From the NCBI GenBank assembly GCA_964057225.1, contig OZ059896.1, positions 18,414,001 to 18,478,000 on the forward strand: a DNA stretch of 64,000 bases, read 5' to 3'. The notes under the pieces were generated by a model. That model was given only the letters and a program-made list of their open reading frames with translations. It was not told the origin of the DNA and did no database searches. The DNA is from Auanema rhodensis. Lineage: Eukaryota > Animalia > Nematoda. This document shows, one piece after another, positions 62,401-64,000 of this stretch (position 1 is its first letter; each line of letters begins with the position of its first letter). The position numbers and the translations under genes were made by a program.

Positions 62401-64000
62401 GCGATCATATTCTCTATATAGGTACACGATTTATTTGCTCCATATAAGTTCGTATTTTCTTATTCTGTATTGGTCAATAATAAGTGGTTCACTATCACCA
62501 CAGATAAGATATGTTTTTATTATGAAAATGGGGACTTCTTGAAGAATGGCAATGAAAGTAATATTATTTTAAAAATATTCAGGAATGATCATCGAGAGTT
62601 TCCATCTTTTTATAGAGAACTTGTTTATGATCAACAGTATGTTCACAAAACTGTAAGCTGGACGGCCGGTTCAATGTTTTTTGATGTTTTTTTTATTTTT
62701 ATCATTCAATTTTTCGAAAATTTACCAATGTAGTCAAGATGATTCTCTGAAAGTATTCCCAAATTTAGAAAAAATGAGAGCAGGCAAACAAATGTTTACT
62801 GTGTCAAAGGAAAACATCAATACTTTTGCTAGCAATACTCGTAATTGTTTCGCACTCTGGACCGGCAATTGTAACATAGCAATCATTTGCTCCATATATG
62901 TTTACATTTTTTTATTCTGTATTGGTCAATAATAAGCGGTTCACTATCACCACAGATAAGATATGTTTTGTTTATGAAAATGGGGAATTCTTGGAGAATG
63001 TATTTGTTTGTATTTGATGAATTATTTGCTCTATATATGTTTATATTTTTATATTTTGTTTTGGTCAATAATAAGGGGTTCACTATCACCACAGATAAGA
63101 TATCTTTTTATTATGAAAATGGGGAATTCTTGGAGAATAGTAATGAAATTAATATTATTTTAAAAATATTCAGGATTGATCATCGAGAGTTTCCATCTTT
63201 TTATAGAGAACTTGTTTACATTCAACAGTATGTTCACAAAACTGTAAGCTGGACGGCCGGTTCAATGTTTTTTGATGTTTTTTTATTTTTATCATTCAAT
63301 TTTTCGAAAATTTACCAATGTAGTCAAGATGATTCTCTGAAAGTATTCCCAAATTTAGAAAAAATAAAAGCAGGCAAACAAATTTTTACTGTGTCAAAGG
63401 TAAACATCAGTACTTTTGCTAGCAATACTCGTGATTGTTTCGCACTCTGGACCGGAAATTGTAATATAGCGATCATTTACTCTATATAGGTATACGATTC
63501 ATTTGCTCCTTATATATTTATATTTTTTTTATTCTGTATTGGTCAATAATAAGTGGTTCACTATCACCACAGATGAGATATCTTTTTATTATGAAAATGG
63601 GGAATTCTTGGAGAATAGTAATGAAATTAATATTATTTTAAAAATATTCAGGATTGATCATCGAGAGTTTTCATCTTTTTATAGAGAACTTGTTTACATT
63701 CAACAGTATGTTCCCAAAACTGTAAGCTGGACGGCCGGTTCAATGTTTTTTGATGTTTTTTCATTTTTATCATTCAATTTTTTGAAAATTTATCAATGTA
63801 GTCAAGATGATTCTCTGGAAGTAATCCCGAATTGAGAAGAAATGAAAACAGGCAAACGAGTTTTTACTGTGTCAAAGGAAAATATCAGTATTTTTGCTAG
63901 CAATACTCGTGATTGTTTCGCACTCTGGAGCGGCAATTGTAACATAACGATCATTTGCTCTATATATGTTTTTTTTTTTAATTTTGTTTTAGTCAATAAT
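47491..64000. repeat. Satellite DNA, ~454-479 bp monomer with higher-order repeats
   Basis: Recurring ggttcactatcaccacagataag, ctggacggccggttc and ctggaccggcaattg; ORF spacings of 454/477/479, 2334 and 2424 bp. Confidence 0.97.

Noticed and set aside
47709-63996. Many repeated ORFs (MVNNKWFTITT...)
   Set aside because: Chance frames in the satellite; variable stops and frameshifts between monomers, no recognisable domain

Overview
AT-rich eukaryotic DNA, most likely nematode (40-47 nt introns with TTTCAG/TTTAG acceptors), made almost entirely of nested mobile elements and repeats; no host gene is evident. 1-35.3 kb: two inverted, degraded copies of one Maverick/Polinton family (intron-containing pPolB, major and minor capsid, adenain protease, core protein, packaging ATPase, integrase), invaded by a mariner and by three Ty3/Gypsy LTR retroelements of two families. 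Both LTR families have a tRNA-Gln PBS; the two copies with both ends have 4-bp TSDs. Both families show an unusual gag-ENV-pol order: a herpesvirus-gB-like (class III) glycoprotein with internal signal peptide, furin site and TM anchor lies between Gag and the protease, apparently in one membrane-threaded polyprotein. This is the most notable system here. 35.3-47.5 kb: an intron-containing C2H2/MULE-DDE/SWIM transposase pseudogene with a deleted hAT inside, amplified in tandem (~0.74 kb and ~2.5 kb units). 47.5-64 kb: a ~454-479 bp satellite with 2334-bp and 2424-bp higher-order repeats. Homology calls come from manual motif recognition, not database searches.
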